A stretch of DNA of 64,000 nt from the human T2T-CHM13v2.0 reference genome, Homo sapiens. The stretch covers positions 6,240,001-6,304,000 of the forward strand of contig CP068257.2 of NCBI GenBank assembly GCA_009914755.4. Reading direction: 5' to 3'. Under the pieces are notes generated by a model. The model had not been told where the DNA came from and ran no database searches. It saw only the letters and a list, made by a program, of their open reading frames with translations. Every line of letters starts with the position of its first letter. The stretch's first letter is position 1. Positions 1 to 19,400 of the stretch are shown one piece after another. The translations under genes were made by a program, and so were the position numbers.

Positions 1-2800
1 TAACATGTCACAATGTCCCTGTAGCCATATCCTTGACAAAAGTGACATCACCTGGGTGATCAGTGCGGAGATATGTCACAATGTCTCCAGTAGGCAGAGC
101 CTAGACAAGAGATACATCACCTCGGTGATCAATGCAGAGATATCTCACAATACCCCCTGTAAGCAGAGGCTAGACAAGACTTACATCACCTGGGTGATCA
201 GTGCAGAGATATGTCATAAATCCCACTGTAGGCAAAGCCTAGACAGTTTTACATCACCTCAGCGATCAGTGCAGAGATATGTCCCAATGTTCCTCTAGGC
301 AGAGCTTAGGAAAGAGTCACATCTCCTGGGTAATCAGTGCAGAGTTAAGTCACAATGCCCCCATAGGCAGAGCCTAGACAACACTTACATAACCCGGGTG
401 ATCCGTGCAGAGTGATGTCACAACGCCCTCTGTAGGCAGAGACTTGAAAAGGGTTACATCACCTGGGTGATCAGTGCAGAGATATGTCACTATGTCCCCT
501 GTAGGCAGAGCATAGAGAAGAGTTGCATCACCTGGGTGATTAGTGCAGATATATGTCACAATGTCCCCTGTAGGCAAAGCCTAGGCAAGAGTTACATCAC
601 CTTTGTCATCAGTTCAGGGATATGGGAAAACGTTCCTGTAGGCAGAGCCTAGACAAAGTTACATCACCTAGCTGATCAGTGCAGAGATATTTCACAATAC
701 CCCCTATAAGCAGATCCTAGACAAGATTTGAATCACCTGGGTGAACAGTGCAGAGATATTTCACAATGCCCCCTTTGGGCAGAGGGTAGACAAGAGTTAC
801 ATCACCTAGGTGATCAGTGCAAAGAGTTGTCAAAATTCTCTGTAGGCAGTGCGTACAAAAGTGTTACACCACATAAGTGATCAGTGCAGAGATATGTCAC
901 AAAGCTCCTGTAGGCAGAACTTAGATGAGTTACATCACCTTGGTGATCAGTGCAAAGGTATGTCAATAAGCCCCCGGTAGGCAAAGCCTAGACAATAGTT
1001 ACATCAGTTCGGTGATCAGTGGCAAGATCTCTCACAATTCCCCTGTCGGCAGAGCTTATACAACCGTTACATCACCTGGGTGATCAGTGCAGAGATATGT
1101 CACAATGCCCTCATAGGCAGATCCAAGACAAGAGTCCGTCACCTGGGTGATCAGTGCCGAAACATGTCACAATGCCCCCTTAGGCAGAGCCTAGACAAAA
1201 ACCCCTTTACCTGGATGATCAGTGCAGATTTATGTCACAAAGTCCCTTTAGGCAGATCCTAGACAAGAGTTAAATCACTTGGATGATCAGTGCAGAGATA
1301 TGTCACAATACCACTCAACCCAGAGCCTAGAAAACGGTTACATGACCTAGGTGATTAGTGCAGAGATACATCGCAATGTCCTTGTAGGCAGAGCCTTGAC
1401 AAGTGGTACATCACCTGGGTGATCATTGCAGGGATATGTCACAAAGCACCCTGTAGGCAGATCCTAGAAAACAGTTACATCATCTGGGTGATCATTGCAA
1501 AGATATGTCACAATGTCAATGTAGGCAGAGGCTAGACAAGTGTTACATGACCTAGGTGATCAGTGCAGAGATACATCGCAATGCCCCTGTAGGCAGAGTC
1601 TTGGCAAGTGGTATATCACCTGGTTGATCATTGCAGGGATATGTCACAAAGCACCCTGTGGGCAGATCCTAGAGAAGAGTTATATCACCTGGGTGATCAG
1701 TGCAGAGATATGTCACAAGACCCCTGTAGGCAGAGCCTAGACAAGAGTTATATCACCTGGGTGATCAGTGCAGTGAAATGTCAAAATGCCGTGTGGCCAG
1801 AGCCTAGACGAAAGTTACAGCACCTGGGAGATCAGTGCAGAGATATGTCACAATATCCCCAGTAGGCAGAGACCAGGCAAGAGTTGCATCACCTGGGGAT
1901 CAGTGCAGAGATATGTCTCAATCCCCCTGTGGGCACAGCCTCGACAACAGTTACATCACCTCGGTTAACAGTGCAGAGATATGTCAAAATGCCCCTGTAG
2001 GCAGAGCCTACAAAATTGTTACATCACTTAGGTGATCAGTGCAGAGATATGTCACAGTACCCCCTGTAAGCAGAGCCAGACCAGAGTTAGATCACCAGGG
2101 TGATCAATGCAGAGATATGTGACCATTCCCCTTTAAGCAGAGCCTAGACAATTGTCACATCACCTGAGTGATCAGTGCAGAGATCTGTCACAATGCCCCT
2201 TAAGGCAGAGCTTAGACCAGAGTTACATCACCTGGATGATCAGTGCAGAGATATGTCACAGAGCCCCCATAGGCAAATCCAAGACATGATTCCATCACCT
2301 GAGTGATCAGTGCAGAAATTTATGACAATGACCCCAGTAAGCAGAGCCTAGAGAAGGGTCCCATCACGTAGATGATCAGTGCAGAGTTATGTCACAAGGC
2401 CCCCTATAGGCAGAATCTGGACAAGAGTTACATCACCTCGGTGATTAAAGCGGTGATATGTCACTATACCCTGTAGGCAGAGCCTAGTCAAGCGTTACAT
2501 CACCTGGGTGATCAGTGCAGAGCTATGCCACAAAGCCCCCATACACAGAGCCTAGAAAAGTGTCTCATCACTTGGGTGATCAGTGCAGAAATATGTCACA
2601 ATGCCCCCATAGGCAGATCCAACACAAGAGTTACATCACCTGGGTGATCAGTGTAGATATGTCACAATGCCCCCATAGGCAGAGACTACACAAAAGTCCC
2701 ATCACCTGGGTGATCAGTGCAGAGATATGTCACAAAGCCCTTGTAGGCAGAGCCTAGACAAGTGTTACATCACTTTGTTGATCAGTTCAGAGATGTGTCA
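1..2800 (+). repeat. Beta-satellite array (68-69 bp monomers, + polarity)
   Basis: Tandem about 68-bp periodicity with the recurring motif ggtgatcagtgcagagatatgtcacaatg...gttacatcacct. Each monomer carries a Sau3A site (gatc). Confidence 0.9.
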
Positions 2801-3452
2801 TGCTCACTGTTTGCTCCTGGAGCTCTGCGGGCACCAGCAAACATGCAGGGAAAGGTGGAAGACCGGCATGGTGCCTTCGCTCTCCTTGCCAGTTTCCAAA
2901 CCGGCCACACTGAATACTCCCCATGATGGCGCACACGGGAATCCATCGTCAGGCCATCACGCCGCGGAGGCATCTTCTCTCTGGGGTCTCACTCTGGTCT
3001 CCTACATGGAAATGAACGAGAGCCACAAGCCTGCATGTGTGAGACTGTCCCGGCAATAGCGAAACCTTCAGGCATTGCCTCCTTCACGGAGAGAGGGCCT
3101 GGAACTATCAATACTCCCACGGAGTTTCAGTTCCACACTCCCCTCCACCCTCTCTAGCCGGTTTCTCCCTGCTGAAGATCCGTGTGAGCCCAGAGAGCGG
3201 CTTCCAGTTCCCACGGGATTCCTGGAGAGGTCCGAAGAGCCAGCTCCCGAAACGCACACCCCTCACCCCTTCCCCCTCGCCCCCTTCCTCTTCGTCTCTC
3301 TGGCCCCACCACCAACCTCACCACGCCCTCCTCCCCACACCACCAGCCCCCGGCCGCAGGCCTCGACGCCCTGGGACCCTTCCAGGGCGGGGCAGGCTGT
3401 CCCAGGGCTCACCGCCATTCATGAAGGGGTGGAGCCTGCCTGCCTGTGGGCC

Positions 3453-3460
3453 TTTATAGG
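3453..3460 (+). promoter_or_regulatory. TATA-like box (tttatagg) about 140 bp upstream of the DUX4-like ATG of unit A
   Basis: Motif conserved at the equivalent position in units B, C, D, E and F. Corresponds to the position of the TACAA/TATA-type box described upstream of the DUX4 ORF in D4Z4. Confidence 0.3.
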
Positions 3461-3485
3461 AGCCGCTGGCTGGCTGTCCGGGTAG

Positions 3486-4861
<1,376 letters not shown>

Positions 4862-5565
4862 GACGCGGGGTTGGGACGGGGTCAGGTCTGGGCAGGGTGG
4901 TGGCCTCTTTTTCGCGGGGAACACCTGGCTGGCTATGGAGGGGCGTGTCTTCCCCCACCCCCTCCACTGGGCTGACCAGCCTGGGATTCCTGCCTTCTAG
5001 GTCTTGGCCCGGTGAGAGACTCCCCACAGCGGAGAACTGCCATTCTTTCCTGGGTTTCCTGGGGATCCCAGAGCCGGCCCAGATAGCAGCATGTAGGCCG
5101 CCTACTATGAAAGCACGGGTTTGCGGGCAGCCGCATGGGCTGTGGGAGCAGCCCGGGCAGAGCTCTCATGCCTTTCCACTACCCCACCCACGCCTGACCA
5201 CCCCATCCCCACCCCCACCCCCAACCCCCGGAAAATGCATCCTCCCCTGGGCTGGGTGTAGACCCCCGTCCCGGGAAACACCGGACCCAGGCAGCGTCCA
5301 GGCCTGACAACCCTCCAGTGGCTCGCCTCCTCTGCACCTCCGCGCCACTGTCGCCGGCCTGCCCATGCCCCTGCAGCATCCCAGCTACCACCATGGAGCT
5401 CCTGGCGGCGGAACGCAGACCTCTAGCTCTCTTTGCTGGCCTCCTGGCTAGACCTGTGCTCATTGCCCACCCCGGTTGACGTGCAACGGAGCCCGCTGGC
5501 CTCTCTGTGACCTTGTCCGTCTGTGAAATTCAGGCGGAGGCTCTCCCAACACCTTCCGACGCTCT

Positions 5566-8078
5566 TCCGTCAAAGCCTGGAAAATAGTTACATCTCCTGG
5601 ATGATCGTTTCAGAAATTTGTCACAATGCTCCCTCCCTGCAGAGTCTAGAGAAGATTTGCATCATTTGGGTGATCAGTGCAGAGATATATCACAATGTCC
5701 CCTGTACAAAAAGCCTGGAAATGGTTTACATCACCTCGGTGATCAGTGCATAGGTATGTCAGAAATCCCCAGTAGGCTGAACCTAGAAAAGTGTTGCATC
5801 ACTTAGGTGATCAGTGTAGTGATATGTGAAAATTCCCGTGCAGACAGAGCCTAGACAAGTGTTACACCACATAGTGATCAGTGCAGGGATAAGTCCTAAA
5901 GCTTCCTGTAGGCAGAGTGTAGACAACTGTTTCCTCCCTGTGGTGATCAGTGTAGTGATATGTCTCAAAGCCCCTGTAAGCAGAACCTTGACAAGGGTTA
6001 CATCACCTGTTAGATCAGTAGAAACGTATATCACAAAGCCCCCTGAAGGCAAAGCCCAGACAATTGTTACATCACCTGGGTGAGCAGTGGAGAGATCTGT
6101 CACAATGCCCCAGTAGGCAGAGCTTAGACAAGGGTTACATCACCTGGGTGATCAGTGTAGAGATATGTCAAAACGCTCCTGTAGTCTGAACCTAGACAGG
6201 AGTTACACCACCTGGGTTATCAGTGCAGAGATATGTGAGAATTCCCGTGTAGGCAGAGCCTGGACAAGTGTTACATCACCTAGGTTATCAGTGCAGGTAT
6301 AAGTCGTAAAGCCCCCTGTAGACAGAGCGTAGAAAAGAGTTTCTTTCCCAGGGTGATCAGTCCAGAGATGTGTCACAAAGCCCCTGTAGGCAGAGCCTAG
6401 ACAAGAGTTTCATCACTTGGTTGATCAGTTCAGAGATGTGTCACAATTTCCATGTAGGCAGATCTAAGACAAGAGTCCATTACCTGGGTGATCAGTGCAG
6501 AGATATGTCACAATGCCACTGTAGGCAGAGCCTAGACAAGAGTTACATGACTTAGGTGATCAGTGCAGAGATACATCGCAATGCCCCTGTAGCAGAGCCT
6601 TGACAATTGGTATATCACCTGGGTGATCATTGCAGGCAAATGTCACAAAGCACCCTGTAGGCAGATCCTAGAAAAGAGTTACATCACCTGGGTGATCAGT
6701 GCAGAGATATGTCATAATGCCACTGGAGGCAGAGCCTAGACAAGAGTTACATGACCTAGGTGATCAGTGCATATATACATCGCAATGCCCCTGTAAGCAG
6801 AACCTTAACAAGTGGTATATCACCTGGGTGATCATTGCAGTGATATGTCACAAAGCACCCTGTAGGCAGATCCTAGAGAAGAGTTATATCACCTGGGTGA
6901 TCAGTACAGAGATATGTCACAAGCCCCCTGTAGGCAGAGCCTAGACAAGAGTTATATCACCAGGGTGATCAGTGCAGTGATATGTCACAATGCCGTGTAG
7001 CCAGAGCCTAGACTAAAGTTACAGCACCTGGGAGGTCAGTGCAGAGATATGTCACAATGTCCCCAGTAGACACAGACCAGGCAAGAGTTGGATCACAGAG
7101 GGATCACTGCAGTGATATGTCTCAATCCCCCTGTGGGCATAACCTACACAAGAGTTACATCACCTCGGTTAACATTGCAGAGATATGTCAAAATGCCCCT
7201 GTAAGCAGAGCCTACACAAATGTTACATCACTTAGGTGATCAGTGCAGAGATATGTTACAATACCCCCTGTTAGCAGAGCCTAGACAAGAGTTGCATCAC
7301 CTGGGTGATCAGAGCAGAGATGTGTGACAAGGCTCCTTTAAGCAGAGCGTAGACAATAGTTACATCACCTGAGTGATCAGTGCAGAGATCTGTCACAATG
7401 CCCCTTTAGGCAGAGCTTAGACCAGAGTTACATCACCTGGGTGATCAGTGCAGTGATATTTCACAATGCCCCCATAGGCAAATTCAAGACAAGAGTCCGT
7501 CACTTGGGTGATCAGTGCAGAAATATGTGACCATGCCCCCTGTAGGCAGAGCCTAGAGAAGAGTCCCATCACCTGGGTAATCAGTGCAGAGATATTTCAC
7601 AATGCCCCTGCAGGCAGAGCATAAGCAAGAGTTACATCACCGAGAAGATCAGTGCAGAGATATGTCACAAGGCCCCCTATAGGCAGAGCTTGGACAAGAG
7701 TTACATCACCTTCGTGATCAATGCAGTTGTATGTCACTATGCCCCGTAGGCAGAGCCTAGTCAAGCGTTACATCACCTGGGTGATCAGTGCAGAGATATG
7801 TCACAAAGCTCCCATACATAGAGCCTAGACAAGAGTCGCATCACCTGGGTGATCAGTGCAGAAATATGTCACAATGCCCCCATAGGCAGATCCAACACAA
7901 GAGTTACATCACCTGGATGATCAGTGTAGAGATATGTCAAAAAGCCCCCACAGGCAGAACCTAGACAAAAGTCCCATCACCTGGGTGATCAGTGCAGAGA
8001 TATATCACAAAGCCCCTGTAGGCAGAGCCTAGACAAGGGTTACATCACTTTGTTGATCAGTTCAGAGATGTGTCATGC
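5566..8078 (+). repeat. Beta-satellite array (+ polarity)
   Basis: 68-bp tandem monomers. The first 0.6 kb is the conserved downstream flank shared by all cores (tgcataggtatgtcagaaatccccagtaggctgaacctag...). Confidence 0.9.
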
Positions 8079-8523
8079 TGACTGTTTGCTCCCGGAGCTC
8101 TGCAGGCATCTGGAAACATGCAGGGAAGGGTAGAAGACCGTCATGGTGCTTTCGCTCTCCTTGCCAGTTTCCAAACCAGCCACACTGTAGACTCCCCATA
8201 TTGCCCCACACGGGAATCCATCGTCAGGCCATCACGCCGGGGAGGCATCTTCTCTCTGGGGTCTCACTCTGGTCTCCTACGTGGAAATGAACGAGAGTCA
8301 CACGCCTGCGCATGGGAGACTGTCCCAGCAATGGCGACACCCACAGGCACTGACTACTTCACGGAGACACGGCCTGGAACACTCAAGACTCCCACGGAGG
8401 TTCAGTTCCACACCCCTCCACCCTCCCAGGCCGTTTTCTCCCTGCTCAAGATGCGTGGGAGCCCAGAGAGTGGCCTCCAGTTCCCGCGGGATTCCTGAAG
8501 TGGTCCGGAGAGCCAGCCCCTGA

Positions 8524-10128
<1,605 letters not shown>

Positions 10129-10838
10129 GTCGCTGGGTTGGGAAGGGGTTGGGTTGGAACAGGGCGGTGGCCTCCCTTTCGTGGCGAACACCTAGCTGGC
10201 TATGAAGGGGCGTGTCTTTCCCCGCCCCCTACACCAGGCTCACCGGCCTGGGATTCCTGCCTTCTTGGTCTACACCCGGTGAGAGACTCCACAGAGTGGA
10301 GAACTGCCATTCTTTCCTGGGCATCCCAGGGATCCCAGAGCCGGCCCAGGTACCAGCAGGTGGGCCGCCAACTGCGCATGCACGGGTTTGTGGGCAGCCG
10401 CCTGGCTGTGGGAGCAGCCTGGACAGAGCTCTCCTCTCTTTCCTCCACCCCACCCCCGCCTGACCAGCCCCTCCACACCCCCAACCCCCACCCCTGGAAA
10501 ATGCGTCCTCCCCTGGGCTGGGTGGAGACCCCCATCCCGCAAAACATCAGGCCCACGCAACGTCCAGGCCTGACACCCCTCCAGCGGCTCGCCTCCTCTG
10601 TGCCTCCATGCCACCATCACCGGCCTGCCCGTGCCCCTGCAGCCTCCCAGCTGCCACCATGGAGGGCCTGGCGGTGGAACCTCAACCTCTAGCTCTCTTT
10701 GCCGACCTCCTGGCTAGACCTGAGCTCATTGCGCACGCCGGCTGACGAGCAAGGGAGACCGCTGGCCTCTCTGTGCCCTTGTACATCCGTGAAATTGTGG
10801 CTGAGGCTCTCCCAACACCTTCCGACGCTCCTTGGTCA

Positions 10839-11218
10839 CAGCCTGCAGAATACTTACATCTCCTGGATGATCAGTTCAGAAATATGTCACAATGACCCCT
10901 CCCTGCGGAGCCCAGAGAAGATTTGCATCATTTGGGTGATCAGTGCAGAGATATTTCACAATGTCACCTGCAAAAAAAGCCTGGAAATGATTTATGTCAC
11001 CTCGGTGATCAGTGCATAGGTATGTCAGAAATCCCCAGTAGGCTGAACCTAGACAAGGGTTACATCACTTAGGTGAACAGTGTAGAGATATGTGAAAATT
11101 CCCGTGTAGACAGAGCCTAGACAAGAGTTACATCACCTAGTGATCAGTGCAGGGATAAGTCGTAAAGTCTCCTGTAGGCAGAGGGTAGAAAAGTGTTTCC
11201 TCCTTGGGGTGATCAGTG
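10839..11218 (+). repeat. Beta-satellite (+ polarity), the downstream flank of unit B cut short by an inversion junction
   Basis: Matches the first 365 bp of the flank that follows unit A. Ends at ...ggtgatcagtgc|ctactggagacattgtgacatatct, where the monomer polarity flips. Confidence 0.85.
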
Positions 11219-13664
<2,446 letters not shown>

Positions 13665-14374
13665 ACTAAAGAGTGTCGGAAGGTGTTGGGAGAGCCTCAG
13701 CTGGAATTTCACAGACGGACAAGGGCACCGAGAGGCCAGCGGGCTCCCTTGCACGTCAGCAGGTGTGCACAATAAGCGCAGGTCTAGCCAGGAGTCCGGC
13801 AAAGAGAGCTAGAGGTCTGCGTTCCGCCACCAGGCCCTCCATGGTGGCAGCTGGGAAACTGCAGGGTCACGGGCGGGCTGGCGATGGTGGCGCGGTGGCG
13901 CAGAGGAGGCGAGCCGCCGGAAGGGTGTCAGACCTGGACGCTGCAAGTGCCCGGTGTTTCGTGGGACGGGGGTCTCCACGTAGCCCAGGGGAGGATGCAT
14001 TTTACGTGGGTGCCGATGGGGGAGGGTATGGGTTGGTCAGGCGGGGGTGGGGTGGTGGAAAAGCATGAGAGCTCTGCCCTGGCTGCTCCCACTGCCCAGG
14101 CGGCTGCCCACAAACCCGCGCATGCGCAGTAGGCGTCCCATCTGCTGGTACCTGGGCCGGCTCTGGGATCTCCGGGATGCCCAGGAAAGAATGGCAGTTC
14201 TCCACTGTGTGGAGTCTGTCACCGGGCCTAGACTTAGAAGGCAGGAATCCCAGACCGGTGAGCCCAGTGTAGGGGGCGGGGGAAAGACACGCCCCTCCAT
14301 AGCCAGCCAGGTGTTCCCCGCGAAAAAGAGGCCACCGCCCTGCCCCGACCCGACACCGTCCCAACCCTGTGTCC

Positions 14375-15815
<1,441 letters not shown>

Positions 15816-16438
15816 TCATGAATGGCGGTGAGCCCTGGGACAGCCTGCCCCACCCCGGAAGGGTCCCAGGATGTCGAGGCCTGCGGCCGGGGGGTGGTGG
15901 GGTTTGGGGGAGGGCGTGGTGATGGTGGTGGTGGGGACAGAGGCACGAACAGGAAGGGGGCGAGGGGAAAGGGGTGAAGGGGGCGCTTTTTGGGGGCTGG
16001 CTCTCTGGACCTCTCTAGCAATCCCGCGGGAACTGGAAGCCGCTCTCTGGGCTCCCACGCATCTACAGCAGGGAGAAACCGGCCTGGGAGGGTGGTGGGG
16101 AGTGTGGAACTGAACCTCCGTGGGAGTCTTGAGGGTTCCAGGCCCACTCTCCGTGAAGGAGGCAGTGCCTGTGGGTGTTGCTGTTGTCTGGAAAGTCTCA
16201 CACACACAGGCCTGTGGCTCTCGTTCGTTTCCACGTAGGAGACCAGAGCGAGACCCCAGAGAGAAGATGCCCCCCCGGCGTGATGGTCTGACGATGGATT
16301 CCCGTTTGCGGCAAAATGGGGAGTCTGCAGTGTGGCCGGTTTGGAAACTGGCAAGGAGAGCGAAGGCACCATACCGGTCTTCCACCCTTCCCTGCATGTT
16401 TCCGGGTGCCCGCAGAGCTCCGGGAGCAACATTCAGCA

Positions 16439-19400
16439 TGACACATCTCTGAACTGATCAACAAAGTGATGTAACCCTTGTCTAGGCTCGGCCTACAGGG
16501 GCTTTGTGACATATCTCTGCACTGATCACCCAGCTGATGGGACGTTTGTCAAGGATCTGTCCATGGGGGCATTGTGACATATCTCTACACTGATCACCCA
16601 GGTGATGTAACTCTTGTGTAGTCTCTGCCTATGGGGGCATTGTGACTTATTCCTGCACTGATCACCCAGGTAATGGGACTCTTGTCTAGACTCTGTGTAT
16701 GGGGGCTTTGTGACATATCTCTGCATTGATCACCCAGGTGATGTAACGCTTGACTAGGCTCTGCCTACGGGGCATAGTGACATATCACTGCATTGATCAC
16801 CGAGGTGATGTAACTCTTGTCCAGATTCTGCCTATAGGGGACCTTGTGACATATCTCTGCACTGATCACGCAGGTCATGTAACACTTGCTTACCCTCTGC
16901 CTGCAGGGGCATTGTGAAATATCTCTGCACTGATCACCCAGGTGATGGGACTCTTCTCTAGGCTCTGCCTACTGGGGGCATTGTCACATATTTCTGCACT
17001 GATCACCCAGGTGATGGACTCTTGTCTTGGATTTGCCTATGGGGGCATTGTGACATATCTCTGCACTGACCACCCAGGTGATGTAACTCTGGTCTCAGCG
17101 CTGCCTAAAGGGGCATTGTGACAGATCTCTGCACTAATCACTCAGGTGATGTAACAATTGTCTAGGCTCTGTTTAAAGGGGCCTTGTCACATATCTCTGC
17201 ACTGATCACCCAGGTGATGTAACTCTTGTCTAGGCTCTGCTTACAGGGGGTATTGTGACATATCTCTGCACTGATAACCTAAGTGATGTAACACTTGTGT
17301 AGGCTCTGCATACAGGGGCATTTTGACATACCTCTGCACTGTTAACCAAGATGATGTAACTTTTGTCTAGGCTGTGTCCACAGGGGGATTGAGACAAATC
17401 TCTGCACTGATCTCGAGGTGATCCAACTCTTGCCTGGTCTCTGCCTACTCGGGATATTGTGACATATCTCTGCACTGATCTCCCAGGTGCTGTAACTTTA
17501 GTCTAGGCTCCGGCTACACGGCATTGTGACATATCACTGCAATAATCACCCAGGTGATATAACTCTTCTCTAGGCTCTGCCTACAGGGGTCTTGTGACAT
17601 ATATCTGCACTGACCACCCACGTGATGGGACGCTTCTCTAGGCTCTGCCAACAGTGGCATTGTGACATATCTGTGCACTGATCACCCAGCTGATGTAACT
17701 CTTTTCTAAGATCTGCCTACAGGGTGCTTTGTGACATATCCCTGCAATGATCACTCAGGTGATGTACCAATTTTCAAGGGTCTGCCTACAGGGACATTGC
17801 GATGAATCTCTGCACTGATCACCTAGCTCATGTAACTCTTGTCTAGGCTCTGCCTACAGTGGCATTGTGACATATCTATGCACTGATCCCCCAGGTGATT
17901 CGACTCTTGTCTAGAATCTGTCCACAGGGGATATTGTGAAATATCACTGCACTGATCAACTAGGTGGTGTAACTCTTGTCTACCCTCTGTCCAACGGGGT
18001 ATTGTGAAATATCTCTGCACTGATCACCATGGTGATTCAACTCTTGTCTAGGATCTGCCTACAGGGGGTATTGTGAAATATCTCTGCACTGATCAACTAG
18101 GTGGCGGAACTCTTATCTAGGCTCTGCCTACAGGGGCGTTTTCACATATCCCTAAACTGAAGACAAAGGTGATGTAACTCTTGCCTAGGCTTTGCCTACT
18201 GGGGACATTGTGACATATATCTGCACTGATCACCCAGGTGATGCAACTCTTGCCTAGGCTTTGCCTACAGGGGACATTGTGACATATTTCTGCACTGATC
18301 ACCCAGGTGATGCAACTCTTGCCTAGGCTTTGCCTACAGGGGACATTGTGACATATTTCTGCACTGATCACCCAGGTGATGCAACTCTTCTCTGTGCTCT
18401 GACTACAGGGGACATTGTGACATATCTCTGCACTGATCAACCGGGTGATGCAACTCTTCTCCATGCTCTGCCTACAGGGGGCATTGTGAGATATCTCTGC
18501 ACTGATCACCCAGGTGTTGTAACTCTTTTCTAGTCTCTACCTACAGAGGGTGTTCTGACATCACTCTGCAGAGATCACCCGGGATATCTAACTCTTGTCT
18601 AGGCTCTGCCTATGGGGGCATTGTGACTTATCTCTGCACTGATCACCCAGGAGATGTGACTCTTGTCTAAGCTCTGTCTAGAGGGACATTGGAACATATC
18701 TCTGCACTGATCGCTGAGGTGATGTAAAACTTCTCTACGCTTTGCCTAAAGTGGGATTTATGACATATCTCTGCACTGATCACCCAGGTGATATAACTCT
18801 TGTCTAGGCTCTGCCTACAGGGGGGCTTGTGACATATCTCTGCACTGATCACCCAGGTGATATAACTTTTCTCTAGGATCTGCCTACAGGGTACTTTGTG
18901 GCATATCCCTGCAATGATCACCCAGCTGATTTACCGCCTGTCAAGGCTCTGCCTACAGGGACATTGCGATGTATCTCTGCACTGATCACCTAGGTCATGT
19001 AACTCTTGTCTAGGCTCTGCCTACACTGGCATAGTGACATATCTCTGCACTGATCATCCAAGTGATGTAACATTTGTCTAGGATCTGCTTAAAGGGACTT
19101 TGTGACATAACTCTGCACTGATCATCCAGGTGATGGGGCTTTTCTCTAGGCTCTGCCTAAGGTGGCATTGTGAAATATTTCTGCACTGATCACCCAGGTG
19201 ACGGACTCTTGTCTTGGATCTGCCTATGGGCGCATTGTGACATATCTCTGCAGTGATCACCCTGGTGATATAACTGTTGTATAATCTCTGCCTACAGGGG
19301 AACTGTGAGAGATCTCTCCACTAATCACCCAAGTAAGGTAACTATTGTCTAGGCTTTGCCTACAGGGGGCTTTGTGATATACATTTGCACTGATCACCCA

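Noticed and set aside
3075-3485. Proline-rich ORFs in the 5' LSau-like part of each core (for example 3075-3485, 8635-8955, 15668-16432 and 23977-24858, up to 293 aa).
   Set aside because: This is low-complexity GC-rich sequence with overlapping ORFs in several frames on both strands. Long ORFs are expected in about 70% GC DNA, and the sequence corresponds to the noncoding region of D4Z4 upstream of DUX4.
10699-11019. An ORF of 106 aa spanning the unit B tail/satellite boundary ([45 protein letters not shown]...), with similar ORFs at each tail.
   Set aside because: It crosses from tail into satellite monomers. It is conserved only as DNA and is frame-disrupted between copies, so it is not a gene.
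13673-14068. Arginine- and alanine-rich ORFs on the strand opposite the D4Z4-like tails (MSEGVGRASAGISQTDKGTERPAGSLARQ...), recurring at 22073, 28865, 39420, 53809 and 55014-55607 (-).
   Set aside because: They are antisense or out-of-frame reads of the GC-rich tail. They recur simply because the tail is repeated, and there are no coding signatures.
18117-18509. Long ORFs running through beta-satellite. Examples are the 130 aa ORF at 18117-18509 (-), 115 aa at 43121-43468, 125 aa at 47451-47828 and 124 aa at 62453-62827, with 23-aa periodic repeats (CITWVISAEICHNVPCRQSLGKS)n.
   Set aside because: They arise only where runs of 69-bp monomers (a multiple of 3) keep a frame open. Composition and periodicity are those of the satellite. 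Mirror ORFs exist on the opposite strand (for example 18330-18533 +), and none has a start context or homology to known proteins.
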